A model generated the notes under the pieces. The model saw only the letters and a list, made by a program, of their open reading frames with translations. It was not told the DNA's origin and did no database searches. Source: Penicillus capitatus (Eukaryota; Plantae; Chlorophyta). From it: DNA of 64,000 nt. Location of the stretch: the NCBI GenBank assembly GCA_965649825.1, contig OZ287718.1:1-64000 (forward strand), written 5' to 3'. Position numbers and translations under genes: made by a program. Positions 21,356 through 34,402 of the stretch are shown here, one piece after another (position 1 is the stretch's first letter; each line of letters starts with the position of its first letter).

Positions 21356-24300
21356 ATGCGGTCTGCCGCGACGCCTGTGAGTCTTGGCTCGGCACAATGG
21401 TGCCCCGTTGTTGGATATCGTCGTCAGGACACGGGACGCCGACGTCTGAATGTGACTACCACCACCATCAGTGCTGATCCTCGACGTCGGTCCACACGAA
21501 AGTGCGACGAGATGTTTGTTTGGGGGGCATTAGACGTGGGATCGCCTCCAGGTGCAAAATCCAAGGACGAGCATGTCACCTTCGATCGTCCAGCTTCATA
21601 CCAGCTTCGCCCATTTTCCACTCCCGTCCGGCCGATGATGCTCCACCTCACGTCTCGCTCAGATTGCAGAAAAGACGCAAGAGCTGGGTGATTTCGGCCA
21701 CGATGGTGGTCTTATCGGATCTCGTCGAGGGATCAGATAGATCATCTTCAGCTTTAGGTTCAGTCACAGCCATCGACTGCTTTTCTGGAAGAAGAAATGC
21801 CGCAGCATCCGGAACTCGTGACGGGGCAACTGGAGAATGGACTGCGCTACGTGATGCTTCCCAACAAAACCCCGCCGAATCGTTTTGAAGCGCATCTGGA
21901 AGTTCACGCCGGCAGCGTGGATGAGCTGCCCAATCAACAAGTTACGGTCACTCTCTCCACCGTCTGTCACATCATAAAAGTGTGATGTCTAGGGATTGGC
22001 ACATCTGGTCGAACACGTGACGTTTCTTGGCAGTTCACAACGAGAGTACCTGCTCGGAACCGGATCCAGATCCAATGCCTACACAGATTTTCATCACACG
22101 GTGTTTCATGTCCACTGTCCTCTGGTCAACACAGCCACCAAGAAACCCATGATGCCACAAGTGCGTGATACACCAGCGATCTGAAACGCATGAGAGTGGA
22201 GCGTGGTTTAGGTTTTGGATGCGCTGAAAGACATCGCATTCAATCCTCAGTTTTCGGCATCCAGAATCGAAAAGGAGCGACGCGCTGTGCTGAGTGAAGC
22301 CCAAATGATGAACACGATGGACTACAGAGTCAGTTGTCAGATGCTGAAGTACCTGCATCAGGAGAATGCACTTGGATCGCGTTTTCCAATTGGCAAGACA
22401 GAACAAGTCAAGCAATGGGATCGCGACATGATCAAAGAATTCTGGAAGACGTGGTATTATCCAGCAAACATGACACTGTACGTGGTGGGCGTGCTACCTG
22501 ACGGCGTGGAAGCTACGAAGAAGCTGATCCAGGAGACATTTGGTGATGTGACCGTCAATACAGACCAGTTCACAGAGAACGATGGAAAGGCGAATGCTGC
22601 CGCGGCCAAGAGAATTCGGCAGAGTCTGCGGCCTCCTGTGAAACATATCATGGGGTACGATCTGTTTTCCTTGCAGAAATGTGTGAGATTCGATGCATCT
22701 AGTGTGCCAGAAATGATCAATGGTGGTGTGTTCCCCTGTCCCATCAGTGTTTACCGACATCCATTGCTGCAGCAGTTCACACTGTCCATCTTCTGCAAGC
22801 TACCAACGCGAAAGGTCCAGACCTATGCCGATCTGAAGTACTCGATTATGTTGCGCATCATGACCTCCATCTTCATGCATCGCATGCAAGAAAGGTGTGC
22901 TGTCCCATCAGAGGAAGCTGCTCTGAAGCTACGGTTCTTCTAGGCAAGGCCGTGAAAGTGCGCCCTTTGCCTCTGTCGAGTTCGATGTTTCGGATTCGGC
23001 ACGGGAAGGCTGTTGCGTGGGGACGATCAGTGTCACATCGGAGCCACGGGACTGGAAGATCTCCGTTCAGTTGGCCATTCAGGAAATCCGTCGTCTCCAA
23101 CGTCACGGTGTGCAGCAGGCAGAGCTCAAACGTTATATCAATGCATTCGTTATGGATGCGGAATTGGCCAAAGAGGCTATGGACAGTGTGGAGAGCGTCG
23201 AGAATCTGGAATACCTTATGGAGTTCCTTGCATTGGATCACAGAATCGTGCATCCAGAAACGAACCACGAAGCCGTCAAGAGAATTGCCGAGACCATCAC
23301 GGTGGACGACATGCACAAACTGACACGCAGTGCTCTGACATTTGGGTCTGATTACGGCCGAGAGGATGTCGTTCTCAAAGAGTATGAGGCGTCACAGAGT
23401 ACCTGGGCAGAACCCGGCCCTTCCTTCGCCACTTCCGTCCTGGCGTGCGTGCCCGAATTCGTCGATGCATCTGGACTGTCTTTGGGAGCACACAAACCAC
23501 TGGTCAGGGGACAGAATATGATCACGATCGATCACGTCGAGGTCGACACGTCGACAGAAGATCTACCAGATATGGAAGACGAAGAAGAATTCGAAGTGCC
23601 CGAGAATGCCGTGCGATTCGATATGACAGAGAACGACATCCGAGACGTGCTCATGGATCAAAGTCTGGACGTGGAGGCGCCACCCGAGATCGATGTGCCT
23701 GAGAAGCTCGTGTCGGAGGAACGGCTGCAGCACCTCATGAAAACTCGACAGCCGCGATTCGTCGAACTCGAACGCGGATCCGAAGAAGATCCCACGATTT
23801 TCGTGGATCCCTCATCGGGCGTCGTCTTCCGTCGGCTGTCCAATGGGATACGACTGAATTTCTATCCCACCGACAATGAACGCAAGATCATGATGATCCG
23901 TGTTGTTTTCCCTGGCGGCAGTATGCAGAATGATGTGACAGCAGGGGCATCTGGATTTGGGGCGGCGCAGGTCGGAGTGATGAGTCTTTCTCAGTCCAGT
24001 AGGACGGACCCCTCTATGTACATAGACATCGCTGAAGTTATGTTTAGGTCGATTGGGGGAATGGACGCAGGGACAGACACAGCTCTACTGCATTTCGAAT
24101 CTTGTGGAGAGCGGCGTGGACGCGACAGATGAATTTGTGGTGATCACTATGTCGCTGCCTGTCCTGAACGATGCGCCCGAAGTGGCATTGGAGTTGCTGC
24201 ACCTATCGATGGAGCATCCCAACTGGGACCAAGGAGCCGTCAACCTGGCAAAGCAGAGCATCATCTCCACATTCAGGCACGCACACAGCTGCCCTATAAA

Positions 24301-25603
24301 CACAACTTCAAATCTCTCGCATACCTATTCCAGGGCCAATCAGAAGAGTCTAGAGAATGCAAGCGAACTGCGTTTGGCTTCTGCTATGCTGGGAGAGGAC
24401 CATCGCCTGATGGATCCCACGCCTTCTGAAGTGGAGGCGCTGACGGAGGAGGGCATGATGGACATCGTCTTGCAGATGATGAATACGGAGAAAATGGAGG
24501 TGACGTTTGTTGGAGATTTTGATCTTGAGAGAATGCAGCAAGCTGCATTGAAGTATCTTGGCACTCTGGACAATCCTGTCCGCAAGAGCGATTACTTAGA
24601 GACCGAAAAGCCCATTCAGTTTTGCACAGATGTGGGTGCGGATCGCCACCAGGTGTGGCATCTACAGGATTCCGACGAAAGAGCCGTTGGCTACATCTGT
24701 GGTCCAGCCCCTTCCTTCTGGGGTCCATTTGGCAGCACAAAATGGCCACCCATGAAAGTGGACAAAGTCAGCGTTCTCACTCTTTTTGTCATCGGATCCT
24801 ATCCTATCACTCATACAGGTGGCGCCGCCGGTAGCCGATCCGGAAGGAGCCCAAGTCAATGCGTTGAGTCTAGCTCTGACCAAGTCTGTTCGGAGAGCGC
24901 ATCCGCTCTATCCATCCGTGACGATGGCGTTGCTAAAAGAGGTCATCAATTCGCGTCTGTTCACGACAGTGAGAGATCAGCTGGGTCTCACCTACGATGC
25001 CACCTTCAGACTTGAGCAATTGGAACGTCATCCAACTGCCTGGTTCAAAGTCCAGTTGACGTCTTCGCCAGACAAGATTCACGAAACGATCAAGGCCAGT
25101 GTCGAAGTGCTGCAAGCCATTGCCCGACAGAAGATCACGATGCATGAGCTGCTGAGAGCCAAACGGACATTGCTGACCAAGCACGAGTCCGATCTGCAGA
25201 AGAACGCCCATTGGCTAGACCTGCTGACGCATTTGCAGTGCGATGAGGTGCCTCTGAAGACAGTGGAGGTGCTCCGAGACTACAAACAGATGTTGGTGTC
25301 GGTATCGATCGACGATCTGTATGATGCCTACAATCACATGGACTTTGGCGTCGACAAGATCTACACATGTATTGGCACGAGTGGTAAACAGGCACCTCCT
25401 GCTAGAGAGGCAGCCGATTACTTGCCCAAAACGCAGCCGATCACAAACGGAGCGTCATCAGAAGCTTCAGAACTCGAACCCGGCGCCGTATGGAAATCAT
25501 TCGTGTCGGTAAGATGCATGCAGCGTATCATTGGGATGGTGCAGCAATGCGATGTTGGGGTTGTTAGGGATGGACAAGAGGGACACCCGAGAGACAACAG
25601 TGA
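21356..25603 (+). CDS. SPP: Chloroplast stromal processing peptidase (M16 zinc metallopeptidase)
   Basis: GQLENGLRYVMLPNKTPPNRFEAHLEVHAGSVDE, inverted zinc motif AHLVEH, GSRSNAYTDFHHTVFH, RIEKERRAVLSE, EVINSRLFTTVRDQLGLTYD and HELLRAKRTLL. Multi-exon with a transit-peptide-like N-terminus; exact first-exon splicing is unresolved. Confidence 0.92.
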
Positions 25604-26082
25604 TGCAACACGTCATTCCTCATGGCTGCTTTTCAGTCATGCATGGTGTTGGCTATGGTGTGGTGTGTTATGTTGTGTAACCATCAACCTTTTTGATTCA
25701 CATTTGAATACAAACAATGTGGCTCATAAACTTCGTAGCGGTTTGTAGTAGGTACGCATAATTCTTCATCGATAGGCGAAGTATGGAGTCGTTAGGGGCA
25801 GGATCAAAGAATAAGAGCAGGGCGCCAGCAATGGGTCAGCGATAGACGTTTCGTGAATCCGGCGCCGTCATTTATTGTTGAATGGTGCTCTCTTGAAAAG
25901 AAGACATCGTCCTTGTTGGCAGAATAGAGTGATATCCTCACACTTTGACGTTCCAGCTTTTATGAGCCATGCATGTGTTTGGCTCTTCTCGATCTCTATT
26001 TCTAATCCCACCACAGCTCCCAAAATATCATGTTGAATTTGGAGGTATACAACAGAACTACAGCAGGTACACGTATCATACT

Positions 26083-27137
26083 CTATAGGGATGATGAATT
26101 TCTTCCCGGAACGTCCAGTAACAGATGCTGCTTCCAGCTGTGTATCACTTCTGCTTCGCTGCAAGCTGTTTTTCGAAAAGAAGGGCGTTGCATAGCTTCC
26201 TCCAGGTATGCTATGACCTTGGGATAGCTCTCGGGAATGTGCCATTTTCGAAAGTGCCGAAGAGCTATGCGCATTCTGTACAGGCGTGGCAGTAGAGCAG
26301 TATCTGCGGAACTGAAGCAAGATCCACCAAAAAAGGGACCTCCGTCCAGTTCAAGATACTGGTTCATGCTTTCCAGTTCGTTTTCCAGCCTCTCAAGCAG
26401 ATCTTCCTCGCGAGATGTGTCTCTATTCAGTAGATAACGCCGAAATGCACCGTAGATGCCTCCTCCAGCCGACATCCCTACACATCCAACATCTCTCCTG
26501 CACATTGCTCGGTGATGGGATGCCTTCTTCATCGACAGGCAATCGTGGCTGAGGATACTTCTCCTCAATGAAGTCCGCAATTTTGCCAGATTCTGTTACA
26601 TAGGTATTGCCATCTTGAACGAGCGGCAGATGACCAGTAGGAAAGGCTTTCAGCAGCCATTCTGGTTTGTGCCTGGGATCAATGAGCTCCAGCGTGTAAG
26701 GAACTTCTTTCTCCTCCAAAATCAACAGAACTCGATGGCAATATGCACAATCCTTAAAGACCTACCCAGTCATGCATGCATCTCTATCCATCCATTATGT
26801 CTGCGAGAAGATGGATTACCTTTGTCTCTGGATTTCCTTTGACATACACAACAAACCTATCGTCCTCTTCTTTCTCATCATCATTTTTTTCTTCTTCTCC
26901 GATTTCTGCATTGAGTACAACATGTCCTTCTTCTTGATTCGGTATAGACGCCGCCATTTCGGAGCTGTTATCGTCGTCAGAGGTCGCACTCGAGCGTTCA
27001 TCCGAATCAACAGAAGTCATGCCGGAATCTGCAGATCTCGGGGGAGGCTCAGTTGGATGGAGTGGTGGACTTTCGCAACTCAAGACAACACTCGCGGCTG
27101 TTTGTAGAGAAACAACGCTACTTCCACAACACGACAT
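26083..27137 (-). CDS. DHAR: Dehydroascorbate reductase-like glutathione S-transferase with acidic N-terminal extension
   Basis: Spliced FVVYVKGNPETK-VFKDCAYCHRVLLILEEKEVPY...KPEWLLKAFPTGHLPLV...EEKYPQP, then GGPFFGGSCFSSADTALLPRLY...ALRHFRKWHIPE...RPSFRKT. Confidence 0.85.
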
Positions 27138-27720
27138 CTATGATATGTAGCAACCTTTAAAGAGGCCAAGAATACGGTCGTCTGTGAATGAATGGTGCAG
27201 CGACGCGGTCTCTAACCGCCATATCGACCGACCACTGTTGCTTCGACCCGACTTCGACATCGTCGACGTCTATCCGACATCAACAACACTCAGCTGAAGA
27301 AACGAACGTCACTCTGACCTCGGCAACGCGTATAGCAGACGGACAGGACAGACACGTCCACACATGTCCATAGACATCTCTCGACGTCCAACAACCCACA
27401 ATACCCCCGTGAACACGTAGCTAGGCGGTTCGTATGAAGGTCGTCGATATCGCGATATGCACTTTTCTGGCAACAACCGAAACAGAGATCGTATGGAGAG
27501 CAGTTCGTCGACAGGGGAGGGAGGGAGGTATTGGATAGAGGAGTGGTTATCTATATGTCGTTTCTTGTTTAGCTGTTTAACAATGTATGGCGATTGCTGC
27601 CGTGCCAACTGGCATCCATGATGTCCAATACATCTCTCCAGGCAACGGAAGACCCCGTGCGCAACAGCACCGTCTCTCCATGGGACGCAGCGACTGAACT
27701 GCCGTTTTCGTCCAGATCAC

Positions 27721-28167
27721 TTAGAGGTGCGCTGTTCTGCGACACAGAGACAGACGGTGTGAGAAATCCTCGTCTGACCGTCGTGACGACGCGGTACTGA
27801 CCAGAATCGCCGTCGAAGCGACGGTGTCGGATGACGCGGAACGCACTCTCGGTCGCCGTGTGGCCCGACATCGGCACTCGGCACTCCTCTGCCACGCGCT
27901 GAATAAGGCATCCACATCTGGCGTCGCTTCCGGCGTCGTCACCGTCCTCTCTTCTATCATTGCTTCAAATCGCTGGCCTCGTCGACGAGATGCCGAGAGA
28001 AAGGTGATGAGACGGTCAGCGTGCTCCATGACGTGCCCTGTCGCATAAGATGGCTGGTCGTCGTCGTTTTCGGAATCTGAGGCGTCGCGTCGTGTCGAAT
28101 GCGCCCTCCATGTTCGGAACAAAGCCGCCGTTGTCTGCTGTCGTCGCACACGTCTTGTCGATACCAT
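27721..28167 (-). CDS. Hypothetical protein (unresolved model)
   Basis: A 148-aa ORF starting MVSTRRVRRQQ with natural-looking composition; no recognisable domain, and extra exons are possible. Confidence 0.3.
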   Translation of the reverse strand: MVSTRRVRRQQTTAALFRTWRAHSTRRDASDSENDDDQPSYATGHVMEHADRLITFLSASRRRGQRFEAMIEERTVTTPEATPDVDALFSAWQRSAECRCRATRRPRVRSASSDTVASTAILVSTASSRRSDEDFSHRLSLCRRTAHL

Positions 28168-28753
28168 GATCGTTCAGGCAACCTTCGGTCCACGCATCAA
28201 TCGAGCTGTCATGTCAACGCGTCTCTGATCGTCCCACGGCATCGAACCGTGACGCACGACGGACTTCTCCTCTCCTAAGGCGTCCCATCTCAGCAGCGAT
28301 CGAGCAGTCGAGGATCGATCGCGCGTTGACCGATCGACGTCGGCAAACAAAATCCCATCACACATTTATATCGGACACGGTTTTGCAAAACAAAGGAGTC
28401 CATCTGTTTCATTCGTTGATCAAAAAGAACGAGTTTTTCGCTTTAGTAGGCATCATCCTGATCGATACGTGGACGTTTCGTTTTCCACTTATATGTGTGA
28501 CGCATTTTTTGAATCCCGTCGCCGAAGGTCTCACAAACGTTTCCAGACATCGCTCACGGAGAGGAAACCAATCATCCTTCTGTACACAGTTTACGTCCAG
28601 GCAGGCAGGCAGTACACAAGAAGCAATCATTCTGAGATCATGCATCCTTCCACACCCATTCGTCGAATCGCTCGCTCGATGATCATTCCTGTCGATCTAT
28701 TCTCAGATCTTGAAGTTCGTGCGTCATCATAGATCGGATATCTATCGCACCGT

Positions 28754-30139
28754 TCAGTGATCTTGTTCATTCTGCGGTCCAGTAAAGGCGGCCTTCGATG
28801 CGTTTGACGACGGCTGTGTTCTGGAAGATGACACATCGCTCGATGATTGCTCTGCCGACGGTCGGCTCTGTCCCAAGGTAAAGGTCGGCTCGCTCTGTTC
28901 CGGATTCGATCCTGAAGGCTGTGCATCCGTCCTGGCTGGCGGCAACGCTTCGGAAATATTTTCCGTGCTGATGCTTTGTCGTTGGGGAGAGGGTGCACTT
29001 CCGGCATAGAAATTGATGATCATGTTTTCGACGTGCTCAAAACACATGGTCGGAAGGTGATCCATTCCCGGAAAGTTCTGCAGGTGTTGTCCAAGAGAGG
29101 CCTGGGCTGTTAGCCCCGGAGCCGGAAACGTACGGCTCGTGCCCTGTGTCGTCGCAAAGGGATGCCCTCCGCCAAACGTAAAACCAGAAGCGCTGTTAGA
29201 CGCAAAGCCAGAGGTGTAAACAGGAGGAGCAGCCGGCGGAAATGCGGCGTCGACACTGTTGAACAACGCCGGCGACTGAGAGGACTCTCCCAGAACTGGG
29301 ATCGTTGGACGGTATCCCGTACCACACCTGTCCCCTTTCTTGTAATCTGCTGCGCGTAGCATCTCCGGTTGCGAGTCCACAAAAGCACTCGTCGCTGAGA
29401 TGTGCATCACGTAGCTGTGGTTATCTCTGGATTCGCGAACGGGTTCCATGCGACGATGTCTGGTGCCACGATTGAGATCGAAACTGGAAAAGATCCCTGA
29501 CGGTGTCGGCGCGGACGACAGCGTCGATACGGGAAACAACATCGATGACGATGAGGCACCGAACGTCACGTTCCCATTCCTTGACGTCGAGTTCTGCAAC
29601 CATACATTCCGTAAACAACAGCAAGGATATGCAACGAGAGTGCCACGTACGTGACTAGGCGAAAAGGTCGTGCCACCGAAGCCACTGAAGCCATTGAAGA
29701 GTGAAATGGAGGCATTGGGCGAACGCATCGATGACTGACAGAAGCGGAAGGTGAATTGGCTGCGCATACAGAGTACCGAGACATTACCCAGGACGGAAAG
29801 GCGTCAGAGGTGACTCCGAGGAACGATGATCCGGTGGAGGCGTTAGAGGTCACTCCGACGAACGAGGATCCGGTGGAGGCGTTAGAGGCAAAAGAGGACA
29901 CGTCAAACAACGAGGATCCACTGGAAGCAAAGCCAGAGAAACTCGCCGAGGACTGTCGACCACAGGCGTTTGCCAGTAAGGAGGACGACGTCGGAACAGT
30001 CGACTTACCGAAGAAGAAGACGTGGCAGGTGTTGGTGGCGGTGGTGGATCTTCTGCAAAGCACACGACGTTACGAGAGTGCTGGTGCATCCATAGAGTCG
30101 GGCGTTACTTTTGGCATCTGCGTTGTTTTCGGGCTCCAT
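28754..30139 (-). CDS. Nup98-like FG/Ser-rich protein with a GLEBS motif (about 400 aa), no autoproteolytic domain seen
   Basis: Spliced model starts MEPENNADAKKDPPPPP, then an S/F/G-rich region (SFSGFASSGSSLF, FNGFSGFGGTTF, VTFGASS, GFTFGGG). NRGTRHRRMEPVRESRDNHSYVMHISATSAFVDSQPEMLRAADYKKGDRCG resembles the Nup98 Rae1-binding GLEBS motif. Confidence 0.65.
29800..29889. repeat. 39-bp coding tandem repeat (about 2.3 copies) in the Nup98-like gene
   Basis: Units 29800-29838 and 29839-29877; on the minus strand they encode SNASTGSSF(V/L)GVT. Confidence 0.85.
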
Positions 30140-30377
30140 GGTTTAACGGAATGTATTCGCTCACGACACGATACGACACAGGATTCGCTTAAAGATGCGA
30201 TCATTACAGAGCGATAGACACATCCATCATGCAAACCCCTTTATTCGAGAGCACGGCCGATTTCGCCGTCTTGACAGAGACCATGTGTCCACGGACGAGC
30301 TTGAACTTGAGCATCGTACGATTTCTGATCTATGGTCCAAATATAGAGCGGTAGCTGAGTAATGGTGTCTGTCTTCT

Positions 30378-33300
30378 TCAGTTGCCCAGATTTTCATCCA
30401 TTTCCGATGCGAAAGTGACGGACCTTGTCATCTCGAAGGCATGGTCTCGAAAGGGAAAGTGCGAATTCGAAGAGGACGGCAGAAGTCTAGGAGGTGTCGT
30501 CGAGCACCGGGCGATCGGAGATTCCGGCGAGATGGCTTCCAATCGAACAAATCCTCCGTTCCGTGCCGATCGTGTGAAGCTCTCTTCTGTCGATCGAGGC
30601 GGCCGTCCTTTGGAATAGCGTGCTCGGAGACGCGAAAGGCCGATGCTGATCTTCGATACCGTCTTCAGTTTTCCGACGGCAGCAGAATGATGGAAAGGAT
30701 GCGATCCGCTGTGGAGTGTGTGTAGAATATCTTTCTTCCTTTTGGACAGGATACCACCGGCGGCTTTGCGATCTTCGAGTCCAGGATCTGGGCCGCCGTT
30801 TCGGATGCGTGCCTCCAGCATGTCTGCCGCTTCATCGTTTCCGGCAGCTCGATACATCTCGGAGATGAAGGCCACAAAGAATTGGCGATCGTCGGAGGGG
30901 GCAATGGCAAGCCACTGTGCCATGGGAGCATAGTCTCGCCAGTTGAGGATCTCCATCAACGGCAACGGCGCCACTTTGTTGCTCAGGTAGAAATTCCGGT
31001 ACAGATTTGTGGCAAAGTCATTGAATTTGTCACGAGTGGCATCATTCGCCACGGCAAGAAAATCAACCAACTCTGGAAAACGATCGACGAGCTTTCTCCA
31101 GAACTTAGCGATGGGATCCATCGACAGGTAAGACGTCTCGGACTGATCCGACATATAATCCTTGAGCATGTTCGTCAGTCGATCCCACTTCTGAATAAGG
31201 GTCGGGTCGTTTCGGATGCTCTCATACACAAACCGAGGATTAAATGTATCCAGAAGCTCATAGCTGATATTGTTATCTGTGAACTTGAGTGAACTGCTGA
31301 TGGATTTCAGTGCGGTGGGGCTTGTCATGAGACTGAAGAAACTGTTCATGGGCCCAAAAGACTTGTTGGCGAATTTGTGATGCTCCTTCTGGAGAAAACG
31401 AATGTGATACTTCTTCAAGACCTCCATCAAGAAGATCGTCGCAAAGACGATCGTGAGCACGATCATTGTGGCGATGACACTCCACTCGAGAATCTCACGA
31501 TCGGCCTCAGGGAGGTTCTCGCTGTAGAACATCAGTCCACTAAACGCTTCGCACATAAGGGCCACCAGCAAGAAACTGAAGAGCACATCGAGGTACGTAT
31601 CTACGTAGGGGGCCGTATAGACGTGAATCATGAGCGAGATGATGGCCAGCAGTGCCAGGGTACCGACTTGGAATGCTGGATTGTTCATGTACACAAGCAC
31701 CAATACAAAGAAGAGCTTCCGCGCCATCACGATGGCAGGAGTGAAGGAGTAATCCAGCTCATACTTCTCATAGATGAATCCATAGCGTCTCAGATTCCTT
31801 GGACTGGAGAATGCCGATCGACAACTGAGATCGTAGAGCTTCCACGACATGTAAGCGGGATAGCCAACGACGTAGAAGATGATTCCGAGAACGGATAGGA
31901 CGACCAGAGCGTCATGATCTGAGTTCTTGCTGCATTCGACACCGGGATCGACTCGGAGGACATGGGCACCAGCGATATCCTCGCACTTGAAGACATCGAA
32001 ACAGTATTTGGCAATCGTGACATACATGATATCGACCGACGCCAGGAAAGTCGCCATCGTGGCATCCCACTTGCGCACCAGATGCTCTTCGTTCTTAGGC
32101 ACGTCGACAAAGATGGAGAGGATTTCGCGGCGGCGGCTGTCGATCTGAAGCACTCCGTTTTTGACGAGAATATACGCGATGGAGGAATTGAAGTATCCAC
32201 TGGCTGCGAGGAAGGACATAATGAATGGAAGGCAGAGTTGGACGATGAAGTTCTGACGGAATCCCCACTCGAAGAGACAGCTCGGCTCGAGAATGTCCAC
32301 ATCGAAATCCAAAATGTTCGCTGCACCGAAAACTGTCGTCACCTTCCCTGTCCAGTTCAGATTAATATCGCCGATAATGTTGGCCAACTGTGCCCAGGCC
32401 AAGATCATCTCCAAAGAGGCAACACTTCTTGAGACGATGACATTGATCACGTACCAGCCAACCAACAGACTGATGCTCAACAGGACGATGAGTCCCGAAT
32501 TGAAACACTTGTGGCACTTTTGGATGATACTGAAGTAGCCACTCTCACACTCAGAGCACAACCTAAAGGGCACCCAGAAGCACGTGAGGCTAAACGATGG
32601 TCGTGTGGTGTCTAAGGGTACCGTCCGGTGTAGCCAGTGGCACAGGCAAAGTCATCTTCTCCTGTGCAGACGGAGGCGGGATCGCATGGGTATATCTCGC
32701 CTCTGTGCTCAGGATGAGACCAGTAGCCAGGTTTGGGACGTGGGGCAGAGGTGTCCCCTGCACATTCAGCTCCTACGGGACAAGGCTTGCATGCCTCCCC
32801 TGTCACCCCATCGGCATTGTAGTATCCAGCCTTGCAGATACAATCCACGATTCGCGTTCTCCTTCGTTCGATGGTATGTGTCCCCTCTGGACAAGACTGG
32901 CATTTGGACTGAGCCCGTTGGCCATTCCATTCACCAAGTGGACAGCTGTCGCAGTGTGCGGCATTGTATGCGTCAGACCATTCTCCTCGATCACATGGCT
33001 GGCAAGGTTCAAAAGGATCAGCCCCGACAAAGTACCCTTTCTGGCAAATCTCTCTGTAATGGTTCTCGGCTGGAAAGGTCGGCAGTACAGTGGCATACTG
33101 CACAGGCATGACCGGTTCAATGATTCTCGATTTATGACCACTCAGCAAAGTTTTTTCGAAGACTTGTGTCGTCACCGTTTCCAATCCATCATTGCGCCCA
33201 AAGTAGTTAAACTTCACTCGACCGAAAAACGTCTCCATATCCAGATTCCAAAGGGCATGGATGACACGATCGTAGCCTCGCTTGTCTTGTCCGTCATCAC

Positions 33301-34402
33301 ACGAGACAGCCGATGCGTTGTAGAGGAGGACATCAACATCTCCATCTGTCTTGGAGATATCACAGGAACGAAAGGCGTTGCGAATGGCCTGCGTTAGAGT
33401 CACGCCCACAGCCGAAGCAGCTGCGGCGATTTGGGTGGGCAGTTTCTGTTTGAAACGATCCTGGTAAACCTCTGCGTAATCCATCGGCGTTCCAAAAAAA
33501 CTGTCTCTGTATTTCATTTCCTGATGCCATTGAGTGGCACTGTAAAGATGATTGGCACGAAAATGCGGCTTGAAAGAATCCACCCACTCCTGTTGTGTCG
33601 GACCCGTGGTCAAAAAGAAAGACTTAAGCGGATAGCGAATATCATGGAATGCATCCACGAGTTGTTTTCCATCAGTCGGATGGACACAAGCAACAACCAC
33701 ATCCACCGAGTCATTCCTCGATTGCATTGCCACCTCTTTGAAGTAATCAGCCGCCGCGATCTCTGGACGGAACTTGTAGATGAATGTCAGATCATCATAT
33801 TGCCTGAAGCTTTTGGATTCTTCAAAGTATGAAACGGCAGCTTCACATGTGGTTCGAGTCAATATGTCATCTTCGTCATAGATGATGGCCACCGATCCGA
33901 TTCTGCTCAGGAGAATTGCCCGAACAAAATTCTTTGTGTATTCTTTATTCGAGGCCATGATACCAAAGGCCGTTCGGTAAGAATTGTCATAGAAAACGTC
34001 AGGCTCCACGCAACACTGGTAATTCACGATACCTTCCTGATCGGCCAGACGCATTTCTTCTTTGGCATATTTCGTATGAGAACCGCCAAGAAAGTGTATC
34101 CTCTTCTCTTTGATGAGGTCCGACACCAGATTCGTGTGGATGTCTGGGTCATCTGTGTCATCTTGCCACAGCACTGAGTAGCGAAAGTGGAAACCCGGTG
34201 TTCCAGGTTTGCCTTCTAAGTAGAATCCCTGTCCGTCGTTTTCTCGATTCACTTTTTCGAAGTAGAGTTCGTATCCGTTCTTTATTTCGGCTACTTCTTG
34301 TGTGCGACCGTCGGAGTGCAAAACAGCTCCAAAACGAAAAGAGGAATCGCACCAAACCGTTACAACGAATAGGAATGCAAAGACGGCGAAGACAAAACGC
34401 AT
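30378..34402 (-). CDS. Receptor-like membrane protein (1321 aa): signal peptide, type-1 periplasmic-binding/Venus-flytrap domain, GCC2/GCC3 (ephrin-receptor-like) Cys-rich repeats, about 8-9 TM helices, cytosolic tail
   Basis: Exons 34402-32622 and 32562-30378, joined by a 59-nt intron, give 3966 nt in frame. LivK-like features: FRFGAVL, GYELYFEKVN, FYDNSYRTAFGIMAS, YSATQWH, AAAASAVGVTLTQAI, METFFGRVKFN. CxxCxxGxW/Y repeats follow. The TM block includes YGFIYEKYELDYSFTPAIVMARKLFFVLV. Confidence 0.9.

Noticed and set aside
27190-27610. RING-finger-like Cys/His fragments
   Set aside because: The ligand spacing cannot be assembled in any single or spliced frame.
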